A program made the translations under genes and the position numbers. This document shows positions 28,394-42,417 of a stretch of 64,000 bases of DNA, piece after piece. Source of the stretch: Camelus ferus (Eukaryota); contig NC_045697.1 in assembly GCF_009834535.1 (NCBI RefSeq), positions 104,658,001 to 104,722,000 on the forward strand. The letters are read 5' to 3'. Numbering within the stretch: the first letter of the stretch is position 1; each line of letters opens with the position of its first letter. The notes beneath the pieces are model-generated. The model was not told where the DNA came from. It did not search any database and worked only from the letters and a program-made list of their open reading frames with translations.

Positions 28394-29709
28394 TAAGTGT
28401 TGCTTTCTCTTAAATGTTCTCATTTTCTAAAGAGCAATAAAACTTGTTGATTAGAGAGAATTTTTTTAGCCTTAATACAGAAGATGAACTAAAATGCCTA
28501 CTTACCTTTTAAAAAGTACATCCTTTTAGCCCTTCTTGATTTTTCATAAAGAAATAATCAGATGGTCACTGTAACATTTATAAGAAAATAATTTGAGTCA
28601 CTAAATGTATCAACACTAAGAAAATCATTAAAATAAGTTGTGGTCTTTTCATATAAGAGAAAACTCTCCAGTTTAGACATAAACATAATGTAGAATATTT
28701 AATGATGTGAGGCAATGTTCATCAGTAAAAATATTTTTTAAAACAAAAAACAAAACTATACATGGTCCCAGTTTAGTAAAGGAGTGGGTGATAGGGGCCT
28801 AGAAACAAATACACCAAATTTAATAATACACAAATAATACAAAGAGGAGGAAAAGAAAAATCTTTGAAATCCCACCACCCAGAAAAAAGTGATTGACATT
28901 GTGGTGCACGTCATATATAAAACTCCAAAGAAATAGTTCATACTATAAGAACTTGTAGAACTCAGTGATGTGTTAGTGTATTGTAGGTACAGGTCTTTGT
29001 AACAGTGAGGATATTTTGTTATTGCTTGGATTTTTTTTATTTTCGCAAAGTATTCTGATGTGTGGATATCACTTTCTAATGTCAATCTCCTGTTGACGTT
29101 TAGGTTGTTCCTAATTTTTTTTTTTTTTTTTTTTTTTTACCGTTACAAGCAATATTGGAGTGAATATTCTTGTATACAGATCTGTGAAACCTTGTCTACT
29201 ACCTCATTATTGTCTGTTTAAATTTAACCTAGGGCAGATCCCTAGGTTTGCTTGAAATGCTCAGTGTGGACTCCCTGTCTGGACATCAAGCAAGACTGGT
29301 TTCAAAATATTTTTTAAAATAATTTGAATAATCAATTAATACATGTGTAGATAACATTTAAGTATTTGTCCTTTATTTCACTTTAAATTGCTATTGTACA
29401 AGGTGTCAGGCATTTGTCTATGTATAGGAAGAACTTAAAATCTAATTACTTGTGCAGCATTTCAAAATAAAAAAAAACTGTAAGCCAAAAGCCAGACTGT
29501 AAGTTTTAAGAGTACATAATCAAAATTCATGTGATGAAACTGTACCAGAAGAGTAAATCTGTAAAACATACATAGACTATGGATACCTGGTGTCCTCAGG
29601 AGTATGTGGTAAAGGCAGGGTGGTGGTGGCGGTGGTCAGCCCACAGGTGGTACTGGGTTTAACTTTTTAAACGGCATATTTTTAAAACACCTGCTCATTT
29701 TATGCTTGA

Positions 29710-29964
<255 letters not shown>

Positions 29965-30358
29965 TGAGGAAGCAAGGGGCCCTAGGGAAGCTGATCCTCG
30001 TCGCTGATTTGTGGTAGAGCCAGGAACAGAACCTCGGTTTTGTTCTTCTTAATCAGTTGCTCTTTCCGCATTTCTCCTCTTAGTCCTCGGGCAGTGGGTT
30101 GAGAATGCACTGAACTTTGCAAAGAAATCTTAGTGGCGTAGTACAAAATAGATTTAAACTCTTGGCTTTTTGTCTTGTTTTGGAAGAGGTCAAAAGTAAT
30201 TTTGGAAAATGGAAAAATGAACATAATCCTTTGGGGGAAAGCCAGCTCTTGATACTTGATACTTTTGAGAAGAGAGAAAGGTGGTGCTTTTCCTTTATCT
30301 ACAAAAATAGATTCAAACTCCATGGTGGCTGATGCTCCTGTCGGTGTTGTTGTTGTAG

Positions 30359-30598
<240 letters not shown>

Positions 30599-30700
30599 TG
30601 AAAAGACGGTTCAAAGCGGGGCCACAGTAAGGCTCTTCAAATTGGGACAGGGGAGGGGGAGCTTATTTTTAGCATGGCAAGTCTGTAGTGGTAAAAATAA

Positions 30701-31009
<309 letters not shown>

Positions 31010-32822
31010 ACAGTGTGCAAAAGCAGACTGTGCTGCCGCCGTGTTATTTCGTCACCTGGTATCCCACTGCTCAGGATTTTGTGCTTGGGACAAGCCATTA
31101 ATGGTGGAAAATTTCAACACAAAGATAGGCGAAGACCAGGTACAACTACTGGATTTATACAACTAAGTTTTGTATATCACAAATAATCAGTCTAAATATC
31201 CTAGACTTAGACTTGATTTCTTAACACTACATAGAGTATCACATACTCAAATGGTAGAAAATGACTACTAAATTTTACTGATGTTAACAATGCTTTAGCA
31301 AGATGATAGACATAAAAAAAAAACACAAAAAAACCAAAAAACAATCAATGCTTCCTACCACTGCTGCATGGATATAATGCTCTGGAATAAGCAGGAAGTG
31401 TAATTCAGAAATATGAATTAGTGGAACTTAATCATAATCATGTGCCATATATGCTTCCTAACAATTATTTCTGTTTCTCAACTGGATGTCTTTCGATAAA
31501 TTAGAATTTATCATTTATTTTCTGTAACTTTTTATGTCTCTCATTCTTTAAATGTAGACCCTTAATTTTTTAACAAAAAGTTCTTGATTAGAGAGAGACA
31601 GCAGAAAAAAATTAAGTCCCAAAATTTAAAGGGTTGAAAATTATATACCTACAATGAAAGATGACTGTATTTTACATCCCTACTAGGAGAAATATCTAAG
31701 ACCTAATATTATTAATCTTAAAACAACTACTATCAAAAAATCATATTTGCAGCCATGCTAATAGATTAATAGATTATCTGTGACTTTGAGATAAAAATAA
31801 TAAAATGGACAGAAGACATGAGATAGAAACCCAGTCTGCTTTTCCTCAGTGCCATTAAAGTTGTCAGCAAGTGTAAACTATAGTCTTAATTCAACAGACA
31901 AGAGTCAGAAGACTTGTAGGTGCTGTTGGGGAGAAATTTATTAATTGGGATGGAGTTCCCCTAATTGCTAATCATAACCCATTGGGTCTAACATTTACAC
32001 TGAAAATAAAGTGCCAGAGTAGTATGTTGAAAACAGCAAAGATAAGTATTACTTCTCAAAACCTTTGCTTTGTATATTTAAGCACATATATATCTAATGC
32101 GTATATACATGCATACTGGTTCATGGTAATTAGGTACAAAGTTTTTACTCTGTCCATTCTTATAAACTAAACAATTTTACCGACAGTAAAGGTGGGCAGT
32201 ATAATATTAGAGGCAAGGAGAACAGGCAGTTTGGAGAGAAGATACATCTAACTTCCTGTGTAGTTCACTTAACATAACAGCACGCAGTGTATACAAGGCA
32301 TGATGATCTTACTTATTAATCTTGCTACTTCAGGTCTTTAAAATTTGGACTAATTTTTTTTTTCTTACTGTGCATCCAGATCAAAACTTTGAAAAATACT
32401 GGTTTAGGTTTAACTCTTTCTTGAATTTATCAGCTTTTTAATTTTTCTTTGCCAGTAGCCCAGGAAAAATGCTACCCGCTCAGATTTTACTTTGTCCCTC
32501 TTATACTCTTTTACTTAGATTTAGTCTACAGCTTCAATTCTTACTCAAGTTTGCATTCCCAAAACATGAAAACTGAGAAGGTGGTTCAGAAGTATTTCAA
32601 GTATTTAAAAGAAGCAAGCTTGGAATTTACAGATAACCATAGCCCTCAGTCTTCAGTGAAGCCAACTTTTTGATGTATCCCAACTATAAGTTTGGATTTA
32701 AGGGAGAAAAATCCAAGATGCCTAAAAAATGACGATGAGATTCAAAATCCCTAATCTTTATAGGTTAAGAGTGTAGACTCACAGGTTTGGCAAAATTTAA
32801 TCTGTAGTAAGTAAAACCAAGC

Positions 32823-32828
32823 AATAAA
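32823..32828 (+). terminator. TMEM184C: Candidate distal poly(A) signal of TMEM184C (others at 31799-31804, 32005-32010)
   Basis: AATAAA hexamers in the AT-rich region after the stop; usage cannot be read from sequence. Confidence 0.45.
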
Positions 32829-32936
32829 AACAGGTTCCTAATTTGAAAAATTAATGACAGCCTTTTCCAGAAAGGAAGTCTGCAGCAATATTTTTGTAAT
32901 AATGCCACTTTTAAATTTCAGATCTTTTAAATACAC

Positions 32937-32942
32937 TTTATT
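32937..32942 (-). terminator. PRMT9: Candidate poly(A) signal of PRMT9
   Basis: Minus-strand AATAAA ~90 nt after the stop at 33032. Confidence 0.65.
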
Positions 32943-33031
32943 AATGTCCATTTTAAAAAACATTCGACCATTACAAGGAATTAAATCTTCATAACTCCAT
33001 TTTATGATTACAATCCCACGACTCATTCAGA

Positions 33032-33307
33032 CTAGAAGAATTGTGAACTTGCTGCTCTATTTCCACATTTTTTCATTGGAAAACTGCTCTTCATTGCTTC
33101 ACTAGTGATGCTGACATTGCTTTTGTGGTGCTGGACGTTGAGTACAAGTTCATCTCCCATTTCCACCTGGATGGGGTTGTCTAAAACAACTGCAGCTTGT
33201 TTCCAGTGGGAGGCTTCACTCGAAGTATCCAACCTAATCTCATCATCAAGGTACAGATGATACCAAAATGGAATGGCAGTCACTTGTCCAGATTTACAAA
33301 TGCGTAC
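33032..33307 (-). CDS. PRMT9: PRMT9 coding exon 12 (last), with frameshift-extended C-terminus
   Basis: [68 protein letters not shown], then [23 protein letters not shown]; ancestral-like TGA at 33091-33093 is out of frame. Confidence 0.9.
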   Translation of the reverse strand, partial: VRICKSGQVTAIPFWYHLYLDDEIRLDTSSEASHWKQAAVVLDNPIQVEMGDELVLNVQHHKSNVSITSEAMKSSFPMKKCGNRAASSQFF

Positions 33308-33600
33308 CTATTAAATTAAACCACAAAAACTTCATCAGCGTAAACAGAGTAGATTTGGATAAGTCTTTGTCTTTTCAGTCAATTTTAGATCCAAATTTTA
33401 TAAAGAAATATAATTAATCACCCAATTCAAATTAATACCAATCTATCTTACTCATTAATGTTTACCCAAGCCTATGTCTGGATACTGTTCAGAAAATAAA
33501 TAACATTTAAATCTTCAAAGAAAGTGACCAAAACTATTTCATGTATCTAAAGTACTACCTAGTTTAAGATAAGTCTGGAACGACAGGAATAATCATTTTA

Positions 33601-33729
<129 letters not shown>

Positions 33730-34179
33730 CTAAAGAAAGTATACGGTTTTCACTTTTACTCAATTCTTTTTGTGACCGAGTCTCATTAAGTTTCCTGCTT
33801 TGTACTTGGCTCAATATGATACAGTGCTTTTCATATTTATTACCTCATTTAATTTAATTCCCACATCAACCTTATTAAGGCATAAGGACTTTCATGATTC
33901 CAGTTTTATGAGCATGAACAAACCAAGGTTTTACACTGGTTAAATAATATTCCGTGGTTTCAATTATCAATAGATTCTGCACTTGGGTAACAGCAGGTTA
34001 AATTTTTATTTAGCCAAACAGCTCCAAAAATTTTAAGCCAAAGATGTGCTTATGTGTGAAAGATGAACCAATAAGCAAATAATACAACATTAATTACTGA
34101 ATTGCTTGAGAAAGTATGTCAAGTGCAACCAAACAACTAATAGTGGACTTCACTTTGAAAGTAATTTTTGTATCTAAAA

Positions 34180-34330
34180 GGCAGTCGTTCTCGGTTTCAA
34201 CTGCAAATTAAAATCTCCCAAAGAGCTTTTAAAAAGCCCTAACAGCTCAGGCCACACCTCAGACTGACTGGAGCTGGGATCCAGCTATCGGTAGTTCTGA
34301 GAGTGCAGACAGGGTTGAGAACCACTGCTG
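34180..34330. mobile_element. MER5-like hAT-Charlie element
   Basis: Ends cagtcgttctc...gggttgagaaccactg form imperfect terminal inverted repeats. Confidence 0.65.
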
Positions 34331-34779
34331 TAAGGTGTTGGATCCATTTCAGCAGCAATGGAACCTTCCTACTAAAAACTTAGCCTCCTTGTTTGAAATA
34401 GAAAGGAAACTACTGTTGAAAAAGTACCCTCTTGCCTTTGAATAAATTATTAGAGAGCAGCTGTTCATGGTAAAAAGGACACAGACACATGAACCTCTCC
34501 CTGGGCATCCTTGAAGGGATCCACCTGTCTCCCACCCCATAAAAACTCACAGTGAGTCCCTGCCATTCCCCGGGATTCCTGCCCTGTAGCCCTATTTGCA
34601 TCAGTCACCAGAAGAACAGCCCTCGAGTCCTCTGCCCTCTCATCACCTGCACTCTATCCCCACACAGCTGCACCTTCCCTCATAGTCTGTCCTCACTTGT
34701 TTCTCAACTTAGCCTACTGGCCACTCCTGTCATCTTTGCTAATCCCTTCTTAGATTTCCCATCTAGAGCTCATAACCTT

Positions 34780-35745
34780 GTTGAGTTCTTTAGAATTTAG
34801 TTCTCAGCCCTGTTCTCTTTCTACACATCCCCAAGGTGATTCCATCCCAGTCTTACGGCTTTAAATGTCATCTACTAAATCTCACCATCAAATTCTATCT
34901 CTAGCTGTTTATCTGAATTCTTATCCAACTGCTTAATAACCCCATAAAAATGAAGCACAACCTGATCCTCCTATTTCGCCCACATCAGTAAATGGGAACC
35001 ATGTTCCAGGCGCTTTCTCACAGACTACATCCAATCCAGCAAAACCTGCCTTCAAAATATACCTACAGCCTACCACTTTGCACCACCTGCCTTGCTACCA
35101 CTCTAGTCGAAGCCACCACCACCTCTTTGCTGGGTTACTGCAATGGTCTTAGGCCCGCGCCTGCTCTCCACAGTGGTCCACTCCTAACACACCAACCACA
35201 GTAATCCTTTCAAAACAAGGCACACCTCATCACTCCTCTGTTCAATACCATCCAGTTGTTTTCCACCCCGTTCAGAGTAAAAGCCAGAACGTTCACCATG
35301 ACCAAAAAGCTCTGCGAGACCTGGCTCCTAATGCCTTTCTGATTGTATCCTTCACCTGAGCCTCCCTCATGGTTTCTTGTTGCTGTTTCAAATACTCCAA
35401 TCATGCTTTTGCCTCAGGTCATTGCATTTGGTGAGCCTTTGACTTGGACATGGTGTGCTTCCTTATTTCTCTCAGGTCTCTGCTTAAGTAGCACTCATCC
35501 AGGCGTCCTTTCCGTAGGCATTCCCCGAATAAGAGACTACCCCGTACCTCCAATTCCCAGTCTCCTCTAACCTCCTCACTTCTCACCATCTGTCACACTA
35601 ATCTTTCTACTCCTTTGTCTATTTCTTGTTTCTTTATTGTCTGTTTGAATGCTAGGTCCAAGAGTGCAGGAACTTACCTCTTTAGTTTCCTGACTATATT
35701 CCCAAAACCTAAAAGCACATATAGTAGACATTTGTTGAATGAACT
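34780..35745. mobile_element. Degraded L2 LINE
   Basis: Pyrimidine-rich L2-like body ending in catttgttgaatgaa. Confidence 0.6.
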
Positions 35746-37063
35746 AATACATCTCTGCTGTTTTCTGTATAGCTTTTTTTTTTTTTAAACAGCCTCTCAT
35801 TTTGTTTCATTGGTTCACTCAGTTGTCAGTGTAATAGTCAGATAATCACCACATTAGAGAGGAGACAATATCATCTCAGAAAATGGGTGAGTGGACTTGG
35901 AGGGGTAAAACTGCCAGGCAGGTTCATGGAGCCTCTTGAGATGAGTAGTCATAAGTGGAAGTGAGACCAGTCAGCATATTCAGCTGTAGGGGTGCTGGTG
36001 CAGAGAAGGCAGAAAGTAGAATTCAACCAAGCTGGGATTTCCCCCACCCAACAGAAAAATGGAAGAGAAGGGACATATGAAAAATATACAGACCATGGAA
36101 TATAAGCTGTAAGGAGGATATGAGTGAAGAGATAGCAGGATCAAAATATCATAGACTCTGATGGAATCCAAAATTGTTCACATCAGGACCAAGAGAGAAT
36201 AAGCTAGAAGACAGGAGATGGTGGTGTTTCTGGACCACACAAATAGTTTAAACTTCTCTGTCTTCTGATTGGTGTGTTTTCTTTGTTAAACTCTCCACAA
36301 AACTGAGATTAAACAAACTCTAAAACCTCAGCCTGCCCTGAAAAAAATCATTTCCTCAACAAAGTTATATTTGTTGAGCAAGTACTGTTCGTGGAAGAGC
36401 TGACAATGCACGTTCAGGAGCTTACTGCTGCAGCTTTTAGGTGAAAGGTTCAGCTATCACTCCTGCAGTTCAGTACTCAGCATCCCACCACCCACAGCAG
36501 CGTCCCACCTACTTCCAGCCCCAAACCGCTTCCCTAGACATTCCACCCACTCCCACAATTTTAACTCACAAATTAATTCTGCTACTAGCACCTCTGCCAG
36601 CACTAAATCCTTCTTTCCCAGACAGCAACTGACGCCTCCTCCTTGAGCTCCAGTCTCCGAGGCGCCTACATTCCTGCTGCCTGCAGTCTGACTGCCGAGA
36701 CGAGATGTCAGGGGCTCACACCTGCCAGCCTGAAGTCTCACTGTAATTAGGGGTTCATGTTTAGAATAAAGGTTTTCTGGCTGCTGCTTTTTTAGACAAG
36801 CAGCACACTTGTTCCTAAGACTAAACCCAGCAGCCTGTTTTTCATTTATAACGGTGGTGCAGAGCAATATCTATTGACTTTTGTCAGCAGGAACAACAGA
36901 ATTCCTTGGCTACACCTACCCCTAGGTTGATTTTTACCAGTAATAAGTTCCTTTGCTCTAGAAGACTGATTAACATCCTAATCCAACTAAACACAGTGAC
37001 TATAAAATTACAGAGAGAGGATAAGGGAGATCGTAATAGCCACCTAGTTGAACTTCTCTTCTA

Positions 37064-37339
<276 letters not shown>

Positions 37340-37998
37340 TTAGGCTGGTAGCCAGCCAGTGGTTCAGAATGGCAAACTGCCTGCAAAGCAACCAGTCAGC
37401 TGGAGGGATAGAAGCTTCTAGATTCAGGAAGAGTCATCAATGGCTATTAAAACCAGTGGGTGAAAGTTTGATTAGGAAAAGGATATTCACAAGTCATTTT
37501 ACTAAATTTTCTAAACAAATGAAGTTATTTGCTATTTGTGATCCGTTTCAATGAAACCAGATCTAATTTTTCTTAAGATCACGAAGTCTCAAATTTGAGA
37601 GACAAGCCACAGAGCTTTATGTTGCTTGACTAATTCCCTCCACCCTCAAACAGCCACAAGAGGTTAGCAGTCTATGAAATCAGAGACAGAAAGGCACACA
37701 GGTTAATAAAGCCAAGCTTCTCACCGTAAAACCTATGGGAGAGAGGGAGGGCGGCAGGCAAGACCATCAAGCATTTATGGGGTAACTAAAAACCTGGGCT
37801 AAACAGAATGTCCAAAATACATCTGCTGAACCCTAGAAAGTCAGAAAAGGCTGCACCAAGTACTAACCACCAAGCCAGAGATAAATACTAGTCAAAAGCA
37901 AGTATGAAAATTATTTTAAAAGGCCACGTTCACGCTACTTTAGAATCTTGTACAAACCCTTCCTAACTCAATGTTACTGTCGCTAACAGGAATGCTTC

Positions 37999-38244
37999 TT
38001 AGTTATGTGTAGATAAAACAGTAACTGCCTTGAAACTCCACTTGGCTTTCCTGACACTGAATGTTCTGTTGTCACTGACACCAGTGCAGCTGCCAGACTC
38101 CTCAATGGAATCCTGTGCAAAGCCAAATAATTTTGGAACCATCTGTGCCTCCAGAAATAAAAAAATATGTTCCACCTCAAAAGTCGAACCATAGATGGCA
38201 AAAATTCTGAAGACACTCTTCACTGTTTCCTCGTGGTCCAACAA
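37999..38244 (-). mobile_element. Possible hAT/Charlie transposase C-terminal fossil
   Basis: Peptide IFAIYGSTFEVEHIFLFL resembles the hAT dimerisation motif (ILSMFGSTYLCEQLFSLM type). Confidence 0.4.
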
Positions 38245-38739
38245 AGTGTTTCTAAATGGTTTTAAATGAAAAAAAAAGCTTTTAAACTTTCTCCTGTATT
38301 TTAATATAGTATGACTAAATAAAGCTTAAGAACGCACATTTTAAAACAACAACTGCAAAGGTAACTAGAGAGTTAATACTTAAGTTTGTAAAATGGCTCA
38401 TTTTTCCCTACTTTTTTTTTTGGGAAGGTTGGTATCCAGTGAAACAGATGCCCTGTATCCTTATCCCAAATATAATCTATTCTCTCAGCCCCGAACTTCA
38501 TCTTCTTTCACCAGTCATGAAGCCTCCCCGCTGTTAGAGGCTAAAGATCAAAATTAGAGGCCTGGGCGAGAGTAACTGCATACCTCTGGCCCCAGAATCA
38601 AAGCAAGCGTACACACCCAAGAGTACCTGGTGAGGGGACCGCGCGATAGCCTGAAGGCTGAAGGAGGGGAGCCCTGGGTCTGCACTGTTGCTTGGGGGGT
38701 GTTTGCAAAGGTGGGAAGAAAACTGGTTAGAGCAATGAA

Positions 38740-38880
38740 TGGGTGCTTCTAGCATTTAGTTCCCAGAGATACTGAACATCCTGCAACACACAGGGCAGTC
38801 GTACATAATAACTGTCCCCAACTCACCCCTCAAAAAAACTGTCCCCCAAACTGCCAGTAGGACCCCCCGAGAACACTGGG
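38740..38880. mobile_element. MER20-like fragment
   Basis: gcttctagcatttagttcccagagatactgaacatcctgcaacacacagggcagtc. Confidence 0.45.
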
Positions 38881-39003
38881 AAGGGGAACTGCAGATAGTT
38901 TATGTAAGATGTTTCCCACTAATACAACTAATCACTCAGAAAGTACATACTGTCTGATAAATTGTTTTTACAATCAACTGCTTTTAAAAAGAATCCTTTA
39001 CTA

Positions 39004-39140
39004 GGGGGAGGGTACAGCCCAAGTAGTAGAGTGCATGCTTAGCATGCTCAGTTCAATCCCCAGTACCTCCTCTAAAAATAAATAAATAAACCAAATATCC
39101 TCCCCCAAAATAAATTAATAAAAGTTTTTTGAAAAAATAA
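39004..39140 (+). mobile_element. tRNA-derived SINE (Vic-1-like), internally deleted
   Basis: ggggagggtacagcccaagtagtagagtgcatgcttagcatg...gttcaatccccagtacctcc plus A-rich tail; imperfect TSD aaaaag(aa)tcctttac. Confidence 0.85.
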
Positions 39141-39179
39141 AAAGTCCTTTACAAGGTTCCATTTAAGTAAAATGTGGCT

Positions 39180-41170
39180 GTCTGAAAGAAAGCTTTTCCT
39201 CTAAGATCAGGAACAAGACGAGGATGCCTGTTTTCACCACTTCCATTCAACATAGTTACTAGAAGTCCTAAGTGAGGCCAGCACACAGCGAAACAGAATC
39301 GCATGGCAGAAAAGATGGTAGAAAATTTGTGGCATGTCCTTGCCATGGTCCCTCCTCCAGGCATAGCATGGTACAATCAGAAGAAAACTTCTAACTCCCA
39401 GCTTCTCCTTGGGGAGGGAAAGAGAAAAGAGGACTTACATCCAACGTTCCAACATTTTCAGGGGGCTGCCGAAGGGACTAGCCTTGGCTGAATGTAAGTG
39501 GTGACAGGAATGGCTGGGGACCCCTTATAACAGGAGAACACTTGGCTTGTTCAAGCACTAGAGAATCTGCAGTACCATAGACAGACATCAGGGGGAGCTC
39601 TAGCACCATGACCTGCTACAGCACCGAAGAAGCTGCAGTACTTCAGACAGACACCAGGAGGACCCCTGAGGAGAAACAGGCAAACCTCTTCACTAAGAGG
39701 TGACACATAAGCCCAGAGAAGACGCACCCCCAGAAAAAGCTTGAGAGGTCTCCAGAATCTCTAGGCAGGCAGAATGGTAAAGGTCCTCTCCACACAGAGC
39801 CAGAAGACTTTTTTTAAGTCCAAGTCCTCTTAAAGATAACAAGGCATACAAAGAAACAGGAAAACATGGCCCAATCAAAGCAACAAATCTCCAGAAACGG
39901 ACCCTGAAGAAACACAGATCTACAAGTTACAGAGAATTTAAAATAACTCATAGGATGCATGAAAAATGAAATCAGGAAAATGATGCATTAATAAAAATGA
40001 TAATATGAACAAAGAGATGGAAACTGAAGAACCGAACAGATATTCTGAGCTAAAGAATAAATGAACTCAAAAGTTCACTAGAGGCATTCAACAGCAGATT
40101 TGACCATACAGAAGAAAGAACCAAGAGCAAAAATACACCAATGGGACTACGTCAAATTTTAAAATTTCTGTGTATCAAAAAACACAATCAACAGAATGAA
40201 AAGGCAACCTATGGAACGGGGGAAAACATCTGCAAATCTTATATCTCGTAAGAGGTTAATATCCAGGATACACAAGGAACTCCTATAACTCGACAACAAT
40301 AATTTAAAAAAATTTTTAAATGGGCAATGCACTTGAATAGATAATTCTCCAAAGATACACAGATGACCCACAAGCATATGAAAAGATGCTCAACATTACT
40401 AATCATAAGAGAAACGCATATTAAAGCAATAATGAGATACCACCTCACACCCATTAGGGTGGCTACTACCAAAAGTACAAAAACAAGTGTTGGCAAGGAT
40501 TCAGAGAAACTGGAAGCCTTGTGCACTGCTGGTGGGGATGTAAAATGGTACAGCTGCTGTGGAAGACAGAAGGGCAGTTTCTCAAAAAATCAAAAATAGA
40601 ATTACCATATGATACAGCAATTCCACTTCTGGGTATATACCCATAAGACGTGAAAGCAGGATCTCAAAAGATGCTGGCACACCCATGCTCATTATTACCA
40701 TTCACAACAGCTAAAACGTGGAGGCAACCCAAGAGTACATCAGTGGATGGGTAAGCAGAATGTGATATATACATACACTGGAATATCATCCCACCTTAAA
40801 AAGGAAGGAAATTCTGGCATTCTACAGCGTGGATGAACCTGGAGGATATATGCTGAGTGAAATAAGACAGTAACACACACACAAACAAATCCTGTATGGT
40901 TGCAGTCACATGAAGCACAGCAGGCAAACTCACAGAAGCAGAGAATACAATGGTGGTTGCCAGCAGCTCGGGGGAGGCTGCGGGAACAATTATTGTTTAA
41001 TGGGCACAAACTTCCAGTTTTACAATATGAAGAGAGTTAAGGGGATGGCTGGAGGTAATGGTTCACAACATTATGAGAGTATTTAATACCACCTGAACTG
41101 TACCCTTAAAGATGGTTAAGATGAAAAATTTCACATATGCATTTTACCCCCAAAAAAAAAAATCAGAAAA
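39180..41170 (+). mobile_element. Composite L1 (ORF2 piece, 5' UTR/ORF1 piece, ORF2 end, 3' UTR and poly A)
   Basis: ORF2-like [36 protein letters not shown]1-like sequence near 39840-40120; A tail near 41152. Confidence 0.85.
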
Positions 41171-42417
41171 AGAATTAAACCTGAAAATAAAATAATAAAC
41201 CATTAGTTAAAGTGTACATCTTTTCAAGGTGATTATACCAAATAAGTCAAAGCTCATTTGTGTCAGTAATGTGTAGAGCTGAAATGCCTTCAAAGGCATC
41301 TAATCCAGTATCCCTCATTTTACAGGTGAGGAAAACTGAGGAGAGAGATTTAAATGACCTATAGCAAATTTTACTATTTCAGGAATTCAGCGGCAAATCT
41401 AAGACTAGAGTCAAACCCTTTCAGCTCCTTGTTCTATACTCTGTCAAGTACATCCGTTTAAAATTTTAAGAGAGACAGTGAGTGAGGGAGAGTGTGTGTG
41501 TGTTTATTTACATCAGACTTCTATATCCCCATAATTTGTATGTACAAGATTGTTTTAAAGGGAAAAGAAAAAGGGCAGTGATTTTTACTAGTTACTCCAT
41601 AAGAAAAGGTAAGTGTGGTTGACGAAAGAAAATGCACATGAAACCTAAAATCTAATTAACTATACAAGCAAATGCTTTTTTTCCTGGACAATTTGCCTTT
41701 TGCTATTGCAGTTGGTCTGCATTCCCACCACTGTTCCTATACTACAAAACAATCCCTGTTCATATACTACAAAATTGTAAATTTATAAACCCGTTTTACT
41801 TAAATTTGGGCCCCCAAATGTTAAATACTGTCATCTTTTCAGATCTGAGCAGCACAACTGAAAGATTCTAAAGCTTAGCCAAATCTGCTTTCAGTAATTA
41901 AATATTAGGGTCAAGTTTACCTCCAGCAACCTGAACTGAAGGAGAAATATACTTAGGGACAGAACTGTACAAAAATAAAGATTCTAAGACCTTAAAGAAT
42001 CGGGACTTGTTCCTAAGAAGCACTCCGCTCTCCCAATACACCATCAAGTGCATACTATATGTTTTTTATTGGTGTTTCTTAGATCATAAAGATGAAATTT
42101 GATTTTTCCTGATTTACCCTCACCGTCTTCTTATCTGGTCTTATAGCTCTCTACTGAATTCCCTATTTTACACGTAGACAGTTCAATCGTAAAGCAGGCT
42201 CTCGTCACACCTACAGTGCAGGGGGTTCCTTTAGGGAAAGAAAAATCAGTAATGACATGCACAGAAAGAGAAAAACAGGAAGTCACAGGTCCTAAAAGCA
42301 ACGCCGAGAAACAGACGATGCTCCCAACTCATTTGTATAGTTATGCCGTCAAGGAACTAAAAGAATTTACAGGAAGTCTGAGCTCAAATAAACCAAGGGT
42401 CGTATTGTGTGTTTTAC

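Noticed and set aside
38584..38626. 43-nt cryptic exon candidate in PRMT9 intron 9
   Set aside because: Donor is only moderate, such pairs arise often by chance, and there is no other support
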